The notes below the pieces were generated by a model. The model searched no databases. It saw nothing but the letters and a program-made list of their open reading frames with translations, and was not told where the DNA came from. This document shows positions 1-11,249 of a DNA stretch of 35,404 bases, in pieces. The translations under genes were made by a program, and so were the position numbers. The stretch covers positions 1-35,404 of the forward strand of contig JBBMKC010207264.1 in NCBI GenBank assembly GCA_037834085.1, read 5' to 3'. Every line of letters begins with the position of its first letter. Position 1 is the stretch's first letter. Origin of the DNA: Bipalium vagum. Taxonomy: Eukaryota.

Positions 1-24
1 TAATAATAATTAATAATAATTAAT
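1..24 (+). repeat. (TAA)n microsatellite at window start
   Basis: taataataattaataataattaat. Confidence 0.7.
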
Positions 25-719
25 TAATTAAGAAGTACATTCAAACAAAAAAAGGCAATTAATTATTTCCAAAAAGAATCTAATCTTGACAATGGCGAAT
101 CTAAATTGCCAAAATTAGATCAAGGTCCGCAAGCAGGGACCGATTTATAATTATCGGTCTAAAAAAGAAATCGACATTCCCCATTAATCAAGCTGGTCTA
201 CAATTGATTATTTGTCTGATCAGAATGGTATATAAGGAATTGGAATCCACAATGGATTGCCACAGAAGATATATCAAGAATTATTATTTTTGGTTGTCAG
301 AAGATAGATCGAGAAAATTTGATTTTATTTTGTCGGAAGTCCCAAAATTTGTTGCTGTTGTCCGAAGATTTTCAAAAAATTCCAAATTGTAAATTCATAT
401 CTATGCCCTCTATGCGACAGAACCACACGACGGGTCCTGTGCAGTTAGGTGGTTTCTATGCGGACCGGATTGGGCTCAGCTAACCACCCTTTGGACCTGT
501 CGTCACAAGTGGTGAGAGTATCTAAATTTTTATTCATTTTTTTTCTTTTTAATTAACCTTTAGACACTTATTTGATATTGACATTTAATTATTTAATTAA
601 TTATTTTCATTTGATTTTCAGTGTGATAAAATTTGATTTTTCTTTTGTGTAAAAACAATTGATTGCAGACATTTACTGATTATTTGAAACGTTTCGCTTA
701 AATTGTTATTTTAGAAATA

Positions 720-803
720 AAGTTTTGTTCATAATTGTTTGATTCATTCATTTGCGTACACGTATAGGCTAAGTGAAGGGGTCAGTAACTTTACGAGCTA
801 AGA
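720..803 (+). repeat. Diverged direct repeat of 2120-2208 (probable Tc1-family terminal sequence)
   Basis: Both copies share TTGTTCATA.TTGTTT GATTCATTCATTTG ... AAGTGAAGG ... AACTTT.CGAG.TAAG. Confidence 0.65.
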
Positions 804-1052
804 TTTATATCGTAACACTTATAAATGAAATTAAAATACCTAAAATATGACTTAAAACACGAAATATTACTACAAAACTGCACTAATGTTATTTTTATAA
901 TTTAAAATGAATATAATTTTGATTGCAATATACAATTAATATCACCTTCATGTTCCCAAATAAAAGAGATTCATGAATATCTGTAAAGACATTTTATACA
1001 TAGAAAACAAATGCTCCTAATTTTCGGAAGTAATTGGGGTATATATTAAATA

Positions 1053-1443
1053 TAAGGTTGTCCGGAAAGTCTTTTTGGTTATACTATAACATAAAAAGTC
1101 AAAATTGATCATTTTGTTCAACAATGAGTTTCAATCTTTCTGATAATTTCATTATTTTAGCTTCAAAAATTTTTTATCTTTTCCAGCAAAGAAATCGTCC
1201 AGGTAAGCTTTATGATGTCATCAGAGACATATGTTTTCCCAGCCAAAGAATTTCGCAAATAAAAAAACATAGTAATCTGTTGGTGTAATTTCAGGGGTAT
1301 ATGATAGATGTGGCAGTACATCCCAACAAAATTCCACTAATAACTGACCAAAGAAGTGTAGGGTCGTGCGTTGTCGTGATGAAACACAACACGCGCATGA
1401 ATTACCAATTCTGGACGTCTCTGCTTCAACTTTCTGCGTGAAC
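1053..1443 (-). mobile_element. Degenerate mariner transposon, 3' portion with one TIR
   Basis: Minus-strand translation gives RRPELV..VVFHHDNARPY, WDVLPHLSYTPEITPTDYY, NSLAGK and LIVEQNDQ. The TIR TAAGGTTGTCCGGAAAGT follows a TA at 1051-1052. Confidence 0.85.
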
Positions 1444-1529
1444 TTTCTGATATTTCGAGGTGATCTTTGGTGATATTTTTAATGCACGTGAATCGTTTTT
1501 TGGCTGTATTATTATTTATTATATTTCAT

Positions 1530-1856
1530 TTATCTCCACCAACTCATTTAGTCCTCCAATAATAGTCGGTTTGCTAATCAATTTCATATTGCAAATTTTT
1601 CTAAGATTATTATTCACTAAAATGGTTGTTTTTTCAATCCTTAGTTATTTTTGAGCACATGAAATTGGACTACTTAGAAATGAAAATCGACAATTACCAA
1701 GATTTTATAAAAGTTATTGAATTATTATCATTAAAATTTAAATCACCTAAAGCTTTCAAATAATTTTCATTTTTATTTGAGTTTTCAATTTTAGGTGTTG
1801 ATTTTAGTAAAGTATTTAATAAATCAACCAATTCATTAACTGATAGCTTTTCCATT
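1530..1856 (-). mobile_element. Merlin (IS1016/ISXO2-like) transposase remnant
   Basis: EKTTILVNNNLRKICNMKLISKPTIIGGLNELVEINE resembles the Merlin motif IGGxxxxVEIDE; interrupted by stops. Confidence 0.55.
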
Positions 1857-1931
1857 TTTTAAAAGAAAAAATAAAAAAAGAGTACTTTATTTTTTGATAT
1901 TTTTCAGTGATTTTTTTTAGTGATTTATGTG

Positions 1932-2119
1932 ACACAAAGGGGACTGGTTTTGTAAACTTTTTTTTACGAGAGAATAATTTTTTTAATAATTCTTAATGAT
2001 TTTTAAATTTGTTCTTTTTAGTACTTTTAGTACTTTTTTCTATTAGTTTTTTCTATTACTTTTTAAGGGGTTCGAATGAATGAGGAAAAAATGGGGTACA
2101 AAACCAGTCCCCTTTGTGT
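1932..2119. repeat. MITE-like element with perfect 23-bp inverted repeats
   Basis: ACACAAAGGGGACTGGTTTTGTA (1932-1954) and its reverse complement (2097-2119); no clear target-site duplication. Confidence 0.8.
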
Positions 2120-2149
2120 AAAGTATTGTTCATAGTTGTTTTGATTCAT

Positions 2150-2810
2150 TCATTTGTGTGCATGTACTGACAAAAGTGAAGGAGTAAGTAAACTTTGCGA
2201 GTTAAGTGTTACGATAACGTTCATAGTACATAATAGCGTAACACTTTCATGAAGAATTTTGATTTTAGATTTTGGAATCATCGCCCACTGCTTCTCCGAA
2301 TTCTTCCACAGTTCCTCAATATTTGCGGGCTTACACATAGCAACTGTGGCTTTCAGATCAGCTCATAACGGCTATATTATATTCAGATCTAGTGATTAAG
2401 TCAGTAAATTACTCAGTACACCATAACTTCAACTTTTCCCAGCCATCTAATCTTGAATTATGGCATGGAGATCCGTCATGTTAAAATATATTCTGTTCCT
2501 AATATATTAGCAGCATCCTTTTCTTCAATACACCCTGGTATGCATTAGAATTCATCCGATCCGAACACTTTACTTACTCCGGTACCATCTTTTTTGATTG
2601 TGCTCCGAACTATCATACTCTTCTCCAAATTTAACAGATTTCGTGATATATTTTGGATTATACCTGAATCCTTGCGGTCTGTGGACTTATTCTCTTTTTT
2701 ACAATATAGAAAGAATTAAAAATTCCACATTAAGTGGATCAGTATGTTTAAGATTAATAATATGCCGACTTACACATGATATCCGCAAGTTGTAAAACAA
2801 AAATTTTCTT
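2150..2810 (-). mobile_element. Degenerate Tc1-like transposase
   Basis: RPQGFRYNPKYITKSVKFG, F*HDGSPCH, S(L)DLNII*PL*ADLK and KPANIEELWKNSEKQWAMIP, with many stops and frameshifts. Confidence 0.8.
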
Positions 2811-3849
2811 CTAATAGGTTTTAGTTGACTTAATTTAAGAATCAAACTAGAACATATTTATCACTATGCAATAAATTTAATTAAAATTTGATTTTAAAAA
2901 TCTGTTAAATCCAGCCTATATTTCCTGTACCACTGTTATCTAGAGATTATGACTAAATATTACCATGGATTATTCATTAAACTAGTCAATTAATTCCTCT
3001 TTGAAACTTGCTAGACACGTACCATTTTTAAGTTTATAAATTTTCTTTTTGTCAAAAATAAATACTATTTTATATTCATTTAAAATAATATTACTTTGTA
3101 ATCGCATTTGAAATTATTTTTCCTAAATTGGTAGATGACTTTCAAAAAATTATTAAGAAACAATCAATAATATCAAAATATGTTGAAAAAATAAATTACA
3201 TGACAAAAAAATCTTGACTCTGAAATCATAAAATTTTATATAGTAACCAAAATTATTAAAACGATCAATTTTATTTAACAGGTTGAAAATGGCAGATTAA
3301 AAAAACACGAATCACCTACGTTTACAAATACGTAATAATAAGTAGGCAATTAAAATAAGATCTAAGTGCCACCAGCATTTACAATTAAAATTAATTTCAC
3401 TGATAATAATCTTTCTCCAAAGACAGAAATATCTACATATATTTAACACATCAAAAAAGAAACATTACAATTATATGAAAACTAAATTGGAGAACCATGA
3501 AAATAAATTTATTTAAATATTTTTCATTTCAAAACAAAAAAAAATAAACTTTGGATTTTTAAAAATAAATTAAAAAATGTACCTGATAAAAGTTAAAATC
3601 TGATACGGTTTAAAATGAATAAATAATAAAATATTTCACAAAAATTACTCATATTAACAAACAACGAACTCCAAAAAAATAAAGCACAAATAATACTCAT
3701 GATTTAATCAATTATAGACAAAAAACAAACATGGAAAAATATTCACAAAAGTTGCATACTCCGGCACTAGAAAGACCAATAATATAGCAAATATGTATGA
3801 ATCTTCTTTCTCCCGTTTCAAAAGACTCAGAGAAATAGAAGAAAGATCA

Positions 3850-4095
3850 TCACAAAGCGCTGGATTTGAAACCCCCCAAGCCGTTGTACTCTTTAGGATT
3901 AACATTGCCGGAACTGAGTAATTTTGCCAAAATTTCCTTGTCCTGACTTGAAAAAACCTGACTTTTGGGAAATGACACATCTATGGTAACGAAAAGAGAT
4001 CCTTTCACGTGATTGTTCTCATAGTTCGGCATTCCCTCCTTGGGTTTTTTTATAATTGCACCGGGCCAGGTGACTTTTTCCCGTATGATTTTGAC
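3850..4095 (-). CDS. DNAJB11: DNAJB11 exon 6 (terminal)
   Basis: [43 protein letters not shown]...[12 protein letters not shown] followed by tandem TGA TGA. Confidence 0.94.
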   Translation of the reverse strand, partial: VKIIREKVTWPGAIIKKPKEGMPNYENNHVKGSLFVTIDVSFPKSQVFSSQDKEILAKLLSSGNVNPKEYNGLGGFKSSAL

Positions 4096-6119
4096 CTAAG
4101 TGACAAAAAATGATAAATAATAAATTTTGAAAAAATCTGAAATTATGTAACAAAAGAAAATTAAACAAAATACACTGTGCTTCAAAGAAAAAAATAAAAA
4201 TTAATTTTATTAGGTAATAAGTAATAATTTCGATAAAAGTTGACTCATTGGTAATCAAAAGAAAAACCGAAGATTACCTCACTAAATTATTAAAACCAAA
4301 AAATCAATCGATAATTATTGGATTTTTCAAAATTAATGTTTTAATTAATTACAATAAAAAATTTTTTTCAAATAAAGTTATTGTAATAACTATATAATAA
4401 ATTAACATTTCGATTATTTTAATTTCTAATAGTCAATTCATTATGTACACTTAAAATCTTCAGTTTTACATGTTATTTACTAATTCAATTTAAATGTCTA
4501 TTAAACAAACTGTTTGATCAGATTTGATCCTCAAATCTTAACAAAAGTTTATTTTTCCCTCGTTTATTGATTATTAGGCTAAAAAATTAATGAAAATGGA
4601 GATCTTCGAATATGCAATTCAATTAATCAATTGATAAGTTAGCTTTTTCGTTAACCAAGTTAAATGATACCATTGGTTAATGGAAAACGAATTATGATTT
4701 GATCAAGACCCAAATTTATTGTTATTAGTCAAAATCTATACATATTTTAAAAACTTTACTTTATGTCCATCGAGATGTGGTATCTCTACAGAAAATCCTT
4801 GCAATGCATCTAATAGACTAATAGTCAGATTTGTATATAAATCATCCCCTCTTCTTTCAAATCGAGCATGTCTGGTGACATAAATTTTAAAATATTGTGC
4901 ATTTATTGATAATTTTACTTGGTTTGTTTTATTTTAAATTTGAGATCTCCAGGATCACCATCGATATGTGGTTCACCTTCAGCTACAAATGGATACATAT
5001 GCCCATCTCGCATACCAGGTTCAATCTCTAATTCTAAGACCTTCTCTTCTGGAACAAATCTGAAAAAAAATTTATCCATTAATTAACTTTAAATCGTAGA
5101 ATTCAGCAAAGAATTTTGTCACTATAATAAATGGATTAATCAAAATGGAATAAAAACTATACGTCATCAATTATTGAAAATGACATCTTAATTGCTTAAA
5201 AATTATTGGTTGATAATTGTGTATTTTGTGCACATTTAATAATTTGTGCACACTGAATCTGACGTAAATTTATCAAGATGAAAACTAGCATTATTCACCA
5301 GAATATATAAATACATATAAGTACTAAAATAATTTTAAAAACTAAATTTTAAGGATATTTTTATTAATAGAACTTAAAATGATAATTACCTGATGTTAGG
5401 ACAGCTATCACAAACTTGTTCTTGAGTCATTGTAAATCTACCGGGACCAGTTTGTATTGTTTTCATTTCATGGCGACAATTACATCTCCTTGTTCCTTGA
5501 ATCTGCTTTTTCACTGACTTGTTGCGAATAATTTCCACAAAATTTCCATTGTATAATTCTTCTAGACTGACAAATAGATCCATAACCACGTCACCACCAC
5601 GAGGTGTATCCTTTTGATGATGACTCCCACCCATATTTTCAAAAAACACATCCCCAAAGAAGCTGGAAAACGGGTCCATAGAAGATCCGCCAGAATGAGA
5701 ATCCTTTAAACCTTCTTCTCCATGCATGTCATATATGTTTCTTTTATCAGGATCGGATAAAGTCTAAATAAAATTAGAAAATTGATTTTTACAAATGCAT
5801 TAACCAATAAAATGAATTATTAATTTAAATAATTGAAAATTGTAAAATCATAGTTACCTCATACGCTGCATTTAAATCTTGAAACTTTTCTTCGGCTTTA
5901 GGATCATTTTTATTTTTGTCAGGATGAAGCTGCTTTGCCAAAGTTCTATATGCTTTTTTTATCTGATTAGCATTAGCAGTTCTTGGAAGGTTTAAAATTT
6001 TGTAAAAATCACGACTACATAATTTAAGCTAATCAAAAACTTTTTATTAAAAGTATATACCTGCAATATATTGGTAAAATTACAATGCATAAAAGCAAAA
6101 TATATACAGCGTATCTCAT
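3850..6119 (-). CDS. DNAJB11: DnaJ homolog subfamily B member 11 (ERdj3), complete 6-exon gene, 362 aa
   Basis: Exons 6119-6061, 6014-5858, 5763-5390, 5059-4919, 4871-4760 and 4095-3850 are all flanked by GT..AG introns in consistent phase. The protein has a signal peptide ([20 protein letters not shown]), a J-domain (RDFYKIL...LHPDKN), a G/F region ([12 protein letters not shown]), the Cys-rich CNCRHEM...GPGRF...VCDSCPN segment, [19 protein letters not shown] and C-terminal YNGLGG, as in ERdj3. Confidence 0.96.
4760..4871 (-). CDS. DNAJB11: DNAJB11 exon 5
   Basis: [37 protein letters not shown]. Confidence 0.95.
4919..5059 (-). CDS. DNAJB11: DNAJB11 exon 4
   Basis: [46 protein letters not shown]; phase 2 at both ends. 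Confidence 0.95.
5390..5763 (-). CDS. DNAJB11: DNAJB11 exon 3
   Basis: [20 protein letters not shown]...[31 protein letters not shown]; overlaps ORF 5386..5727. Confidence 0.95.
5858..6014 (-). CDS. DNAJB11: DNAJB11 exon 2 (J-domain with HPD)
   Basis: [52 protein letters not shown]; AG/GT boundaries. Confidence 0.95.
6061..6119 (-). CDS. DNAJB11: DNAJB11 exon 1 (signal peptide)
   Basis: ATG at 6119, hydrophobic [21 protein letters not shown] donor at 6060. Confidence 0.88.
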
Positions 6120-6140
6120 TCTACAAACTAATGAAATTAC

Positions 6141-6159
6141 GGTGGGCTAATTTTATTGG
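6141..6159 (-). promoter_or_regulatory. ERSE-like ER stress response element (CCAAT-N9-CCAC)
   Basis: Minus strand reads CCAAT aaaattagc CCACC. The 9-nt spacing is exact and there is one mismatch to the CCAAT-N9-CCACG consensus. It lies 21 nt upstream of the DNAJB11 ATG. Confidence 0.5.
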
Positions 6160-6546
6160 TTATAGCGTAAAAAGTAATATTGCAGTAAAACAAATTTTAA
6201 TTTTTTGTTTTCAATGAAAATTTTTATTAATACTAGTTATTACATTAAACATTATAATAACTTCAATCATTGAATATTTATATCTAGAAGATTTTAGATA
6301 TCGAAAACCTGAAAAATAATGATTATGAAAAATATTTACTTTGTTAAACTTTTTAATTTATATGAAAACAATTCAATAATAAGATTTTTAAAATATCATT
6401 TATAGAATTTATTCAAAAATGATTTTATTTTAAAAATTATTAAATTAGCATTTAAATAAAACCAATAATTAATATCCTTCATTAAAACTATAAATTCAAC
6501 TCAAAGTAAAAATTAATTTATTTTCTCACAATAAATTATTTTAGAT

Positions 6547-6700
6547 ACACGAATGACTGACCAAACTTTGTTTAACTTTACTCCAAACTTCACTCCAATA
6601 CAAAGATAAGCCGTGTTATTCTTTTCTACAGTTTATTGTCAGTCTTGAACGAGTAGTTTTCATGGTTGAGAGTACTCTTTGGCGTGAATCAAAAACCGGT
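6547..6700 (-). mobile_element. Short mariner 3'-end remnant
   Basis: FDSRQ..LVQD*Q*TVEKNN resembles the mariner C-terminus (FFDS..LVERWQKVVEN.G.Y). Confidence 0.4.
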
Positions 6701-6963
6701 TAAATTTTCACACTTTGGTTATTTATTATTCTTTATTTACGGACTCAACCCTGAATGATGCTGATGATTATAATCTAGTGACTCCAAAAAAACCCGATGT
6801 ATCTAAGCTGTTCTTCAGGATGGATTTTGGTTCTGCCTGTCAAGTGTTCTGGTCAACATATTTCTTCAGAGTACACTTACGATAGGTCAGGAGAAAACTG
6901 ATTTTCAGTGCCAATTTTGACAAAAAGAAAGTTTTTTTGGAAGGAGGTGGTTCGAAGACCCCC

Positions 6964-7070
6964 AGTAGAGTAAGAATGAAGACTGAAGATCACCATCCAA
7001 TCATAAAAATTCCAAAAAATTATGGCTCAGTACGATCTTTTCCCTTTCATTCTTACTCTACTAAGGTTAA
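6964..7070. repeat. 17-bp perfect inverted repeat ending next to TTAA; possible piggyBac-derived end
   Basis: AGTAGAGTAAGAATGAA (6964-6980) pairs with TTCATTCTTACTCTACT (7046-7062), which is followed by AAGG-TTAA. Confidence 0.55.
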
Positions 7071-7373
7071 ATCATTTATCTCAAACAATCAATCAATTTG
7101 TATTCTTAAATAATGGGTAAAAATGATATTGTGAATTTTGTAAAAATAATATGTCTCTAAAATAATTAAATTTATCATGAAGATACGATAAATCATGGAA
7201 AAGACAAACACCGAAAAAAGAACGACAAGAACTAATCTTTTATAAATAGCTATTCATTTATATATAACCTATGTATCATACCCCACAAACAAAAGTGCAG
7301 AAAAATATAAAATATATAACCAATAGAATAGAGACTAAAAAATGAAATTCAAATGTGAAATCTGTGCAATATA

Positions 7374-8245
7374 CAGGGTGTTTATTATGTATGTCAAAAT
7401 ACTTTATTTTTAAATTACAAGTTAAAAAATAAAGATATTACTAATTTGTTTATATGGATTAAAAGTTTAATAATCTATTTAGTTAATTTTAAAATAAAAT
7501 GGCTTTGCGTTTTCGATAAAAGAAAAAATTCAAATTGTTGTATGGAACTCCAAATTTGATAATTTTGAAGAAGTAATTAGGCATTGAAAAAGAGGTTTAT
7601 CACTCCACCAACAAGTAGGCAAACAATTTTAAAAATAGTGGAAAATTTTAAGAAGACTGGAAGTGTTCATGACCAAGTAAAATCCAGTCGACCTCGTTCC
7701 GCATTAACAACGAAAACAATTCAAAGTGTGAAAAAATTGGTTGAAGAATCTAGCAATTTGTCAGTTGGGTAGGGTGCTAGAAAACTTGACATGACTAAGC
7801 AGTTATTACAAGGCTTTCATTCATTTAAGCCGTCAACCGTAATTGATATCAGCGATGACGACTTTGACTGAAGAATGGAATTTTGTCAGACAATGTTGGT
7901 ACAATTCCAAAATGACTCTTCCTTGGTCAGCAAGAAAATATTGTCAGACGAGAGTAAGTTCATGCTCAATGGAGTTGTTAACCGCCACAATTGCTGCTAT
8001 TGGGCCTACTCTAACTCTAAAAAATCAATTCCTGTTAGAAACTCCAGGGTCGGGATAACGGTTTGGTGTGGTTTAATTTCACAAGGTATCATTGAGCCAT
8101 ACTTCTTCGAAGATACGGTAACTGGTGAGTCATACCTCACCAATCCACTTGAATAGTTTTATGGCCTAGAATAACAAGAGGTCGTAAGTACTTACAACAC
8201 GATGGGGCACCTGTGCACTATTCGCAAAAAGTCAGCAACTGTCTA
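7374..8245 (+). mobile_element. Degenerate Tc1/mariner superfamily element, DD41D/rosa-like, 3'-truncated
   Basis: TA + CAGGGTG TIR start; HTH region TILKIVENFKKTGSVHD..RPRS; catalytic motifs LSDESKFMLNGVVNRHNCCYW, VWCGL..GIIEPYFFE and LQHDGAPVHY. Confidence 0.85.
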
Positions 8246-8249
8246 GAGT

Positions 8250-9195
8250 ATAAACCGATTGATATTAACTGGCAGCCATCACCGATTCGGATCCGATCAC
8301 TGAGCGTCTCCAACCCAAAACGTTCTGTAAGGGTGACAATGTTGAGAAATTCATCGCGCAGTGCACAAGGTGCTTCACGGTGAAAGAAACACCTGTGAAA
8401 AGAAGGGAAACCTTGATCTATTGTATATTAGATCTAGATTTAGTTGAGAAGTATAAAAGCACGGCCGTAAAAGTTAGTGGATTGGAAGAAAGGTTACTTT
8501 TGGCCTTTTTCAAACCAAAAGATATAATGGGTGACATGCAAAAGTTAATCAACTATCGTAGAGAAGCCGACAGTGTGGAAAATTTTCTGGAGAACGTCCA
8601 TAAGGTGGTGGAAGATGTCTTGTCACATGAACTGACAAAGGAAAGCCTTTGAAATAAACGATAATTAGGTGCATAAACGACAAGAAATAGAGGAGAGCGA
8701 ATTGAAAAAGTTAGGAAGAATAGAAGAAATGTATGATTTAATCAAATTAATGGATGGAATTCGACAGAAACAGTCTGATCAGGTCAATATCATCAGGGTC
8801 GTAGCTAGAAACGGTAGATACCAGAATGATGTAATATCGGAAGGAGACTGTATAAGAGAAGAATGTGAGAATGCATTGATGTACCCAAAAGACAACGACC
8901 CAGTATTGGGAGCCATATACAAAAGATCGAAAACGACAATTCCTAAAGGATTGAGACTGGTGAAGAAGTTACGCGAACCGCAGAGAAAGTTTACAGATTT
9001 TTAAAGAAGCAGTTTGAGATTTAAGATTGTAATCAAGTAGATGCGATTGCAGAAAGTGAAGAGACAGTTATTTCGTGTGACAGAATGCATATCCGTCCAA
9101 GTGTGAGAGTAAGAGTGCAAGATTTGGAATTAGATATTCTATTTGATACTGGAGCAGGAATTAATGTAATGAATACGAAGATTGCCCAGAAACCT
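8250..9195 (+). mobile_element. Ty3/gypsy LTR retrotransposon remnant: gag and aspartic protease
   Basis: Gag-like PKTFCKGDNVEKFIAQCTRCF leads into ORFs 8380..8652 and 8669..9004. Protease motif ILFDTGAGINVM at about 9135-9175. Possible primer-binding site TGGCAGCC at 8270-8277. Confidence 0.75.
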
Positions 9196-9499
9196 CTTGT
9201 ACATCGTGTAGTGTATAAAGGATAATATGAACTATTAACTTGGACACTTAAACTTATTTTTATTTTGAATAAACAAACTATTATTTTTATAAAATTAAAT
9301 TCTATTGTTCTAAAAGCAATAAATATATAAATTGGTTTATTAGTACATTATATAATTGTAAAGTTTTGTGTTTTACTTTCTGTAATATTTCTTTTTTCAT
9401 ATTGTTCTAATAAAAAGTTTACATTAATAGATTTTCCATCCTTTATTCTACTTATTAAGTTTAGTTCACTAATAAGGTTTAAAGTTAATTCTAAAATGG

Positions 9500-10965
9500 T
9501 CCATATCCACTTTCGTCAAGAAAATGTGAATACTACACTTCGAATATACTAATCGACGAGTACAATCATTAAATGTATTTGGTTGTACCACAAGGTCAGA
9601 AGAGGAGAAAGGATATAGACTGTATTTTGAAGAAAAACTTAGATGATATGAACTATACTGAGAGCTTAATTCTCAATCCTGCTCAAAAGATCAATCCATT
9701 TCAGGTTATCTTTCGACCTAAAAAAAGACTGTATGCACTCTAACGTTTTTCATCTCCAAATAGAAGTTAAAGTGTTGATAGAAATATGAACTTGGTCTAT
9801 GATAAGAAGATGATTGCCAAGTTCAAGAAGACGAACACTTATAGACTACAAGGTACCAACATACCTTATTTGTATGCACCCTCAGCCTCGGGGGGGAGGG
9901 GTTGGTACCATGTCTTCTTATGATAATTACCATATTTGTATTATCGTTCAGGGTTTCAGGTACTTGAAGACCTCAGACCTTGTATTCCACGAGTTTGCTA
10001 TTGCTTATTTAAAGCATGTACTTATGATGAGGTTTAAGGCTGGAACAGAGATGACGGTATCAATTTGTCTTGACTGGCCAAGGGACAGAAAAGAACCAGA
10101 AATGAGTGCATAGAGTACAAGATAAGGTTAAGTGTTAGGACTTTAGCGAAAAAGGATACTGTTGGTGATTTTTATAGCAGAAAGAGTTGTTCAATTTCGC
10201 ATTACTACCAAACTTTGATCAGGGGAAGATTTTACTTATATATATAACTGGAGAAAAATAGGAGACACGACCAAATGTCTACATCAACTTGTAACATTTT
10301 ACTTCTATAGGACCTAGAAAAGTCAGAAGTGCCAGGATCTTGTGCTACCATGTACTTCGCTGAGGTCTCGATCGAATCTGATACTACATGAAAAATTCCT
10401 CTACTATTAAAGCCAGGAGTAATAATTTAACACTCCAATTTCGTCCCATTAATTTAATTAAAAATAAAATTAGTAGATTTTGTGGGACTGTGAAGGAAAC
10501 CCAGGCCCACATCATCAATCAATATCTTTACATCAACAACACCCGACTATTAAACACAAATATGCATTTTTTCTTCTAGGAGACTTCTTAAAAGGGGAAA
10601 AGGCTTAGACGTGGACGTGGACGTGACACCAGTGGAATTGGGGAATTGACAGTGACCGGATTTAATCATAAGGATTACTGGTAGATACAATTCGTTGTGA
10701 TAATGAAAGAAACTTTGCTGAAAACAGACGAGCCAATCAGGCAAAATATCAAGACCTAACTGTTGAATTGCTAGTTTGAACTCTATCAACCGTCTCCCTG
10801 TGGACGTTTAATCTCGGGTGTCTGGGGTCATGGACCCTGAGAACGACATAATTTTCATAAAACCTAGTCTTGAAAGAAGTGCAAATAAATCGACTTTCAA
10901 CCGTTTTAATTGCATAGATGATTGCTCAGAGTTATAACATATATCTACAACACATAAAGGATCCA
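9500..10965 (+). mobile_element. Degenerate non-LTR retrotransposon with restriction-like endonuclease (R2/NeSL-type), 3' half
   Basis: YLYAPSAS.GGG, KARSNNLTL, zinc-knuckle remnant (S)RFCGTVKETQAHIINQ, PDLII and LGCLGSW..END occur in the expected order. Confidence 0.75.
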
Positions 10966-11106
10966 TCTATTATTCTTTTCTACTTTTCTCTTTTCCTTAA
11001 TATTCTTATTTATAAATAAATCAATATCATTACTGTATAAAATCATTCTCAATATTGTTATAAAGTATTTTCTACATAGGTATGCATTTGCACATATATG
11101 GGGGTG

Positions 11107-11249
11107 TGTAAGATATCTTTATTTTTTCAGTGTTTCTTGTTTGAATACTGGATGAGTAGGTGTGCTTATGCACCAGTTATGCTGATTAGTACGCACGGGG
11201 ACACATAGTTGATTGTCTTTTATTTAAATAAGGAGTGAAATACGTGACA
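11107..11249. mobile_element. Possible short solo LTR (TG...CA)
   Basis: TGTAAG...GTGACA with 5-bp imperfect inverted ends, a G-rich tract immediately upstream and AATAAA on the minus strand; no target-site duplication found. Confidence 0.3.

Noticed and set aside
3708-3980. ORF 3708..3980 (-) and ORF 4019..4258 (-)
   Set aside because: These are alternative frames overlapping DNAJB11 exon 6, its 3' UTR and intron 5, with no recognisable domain.
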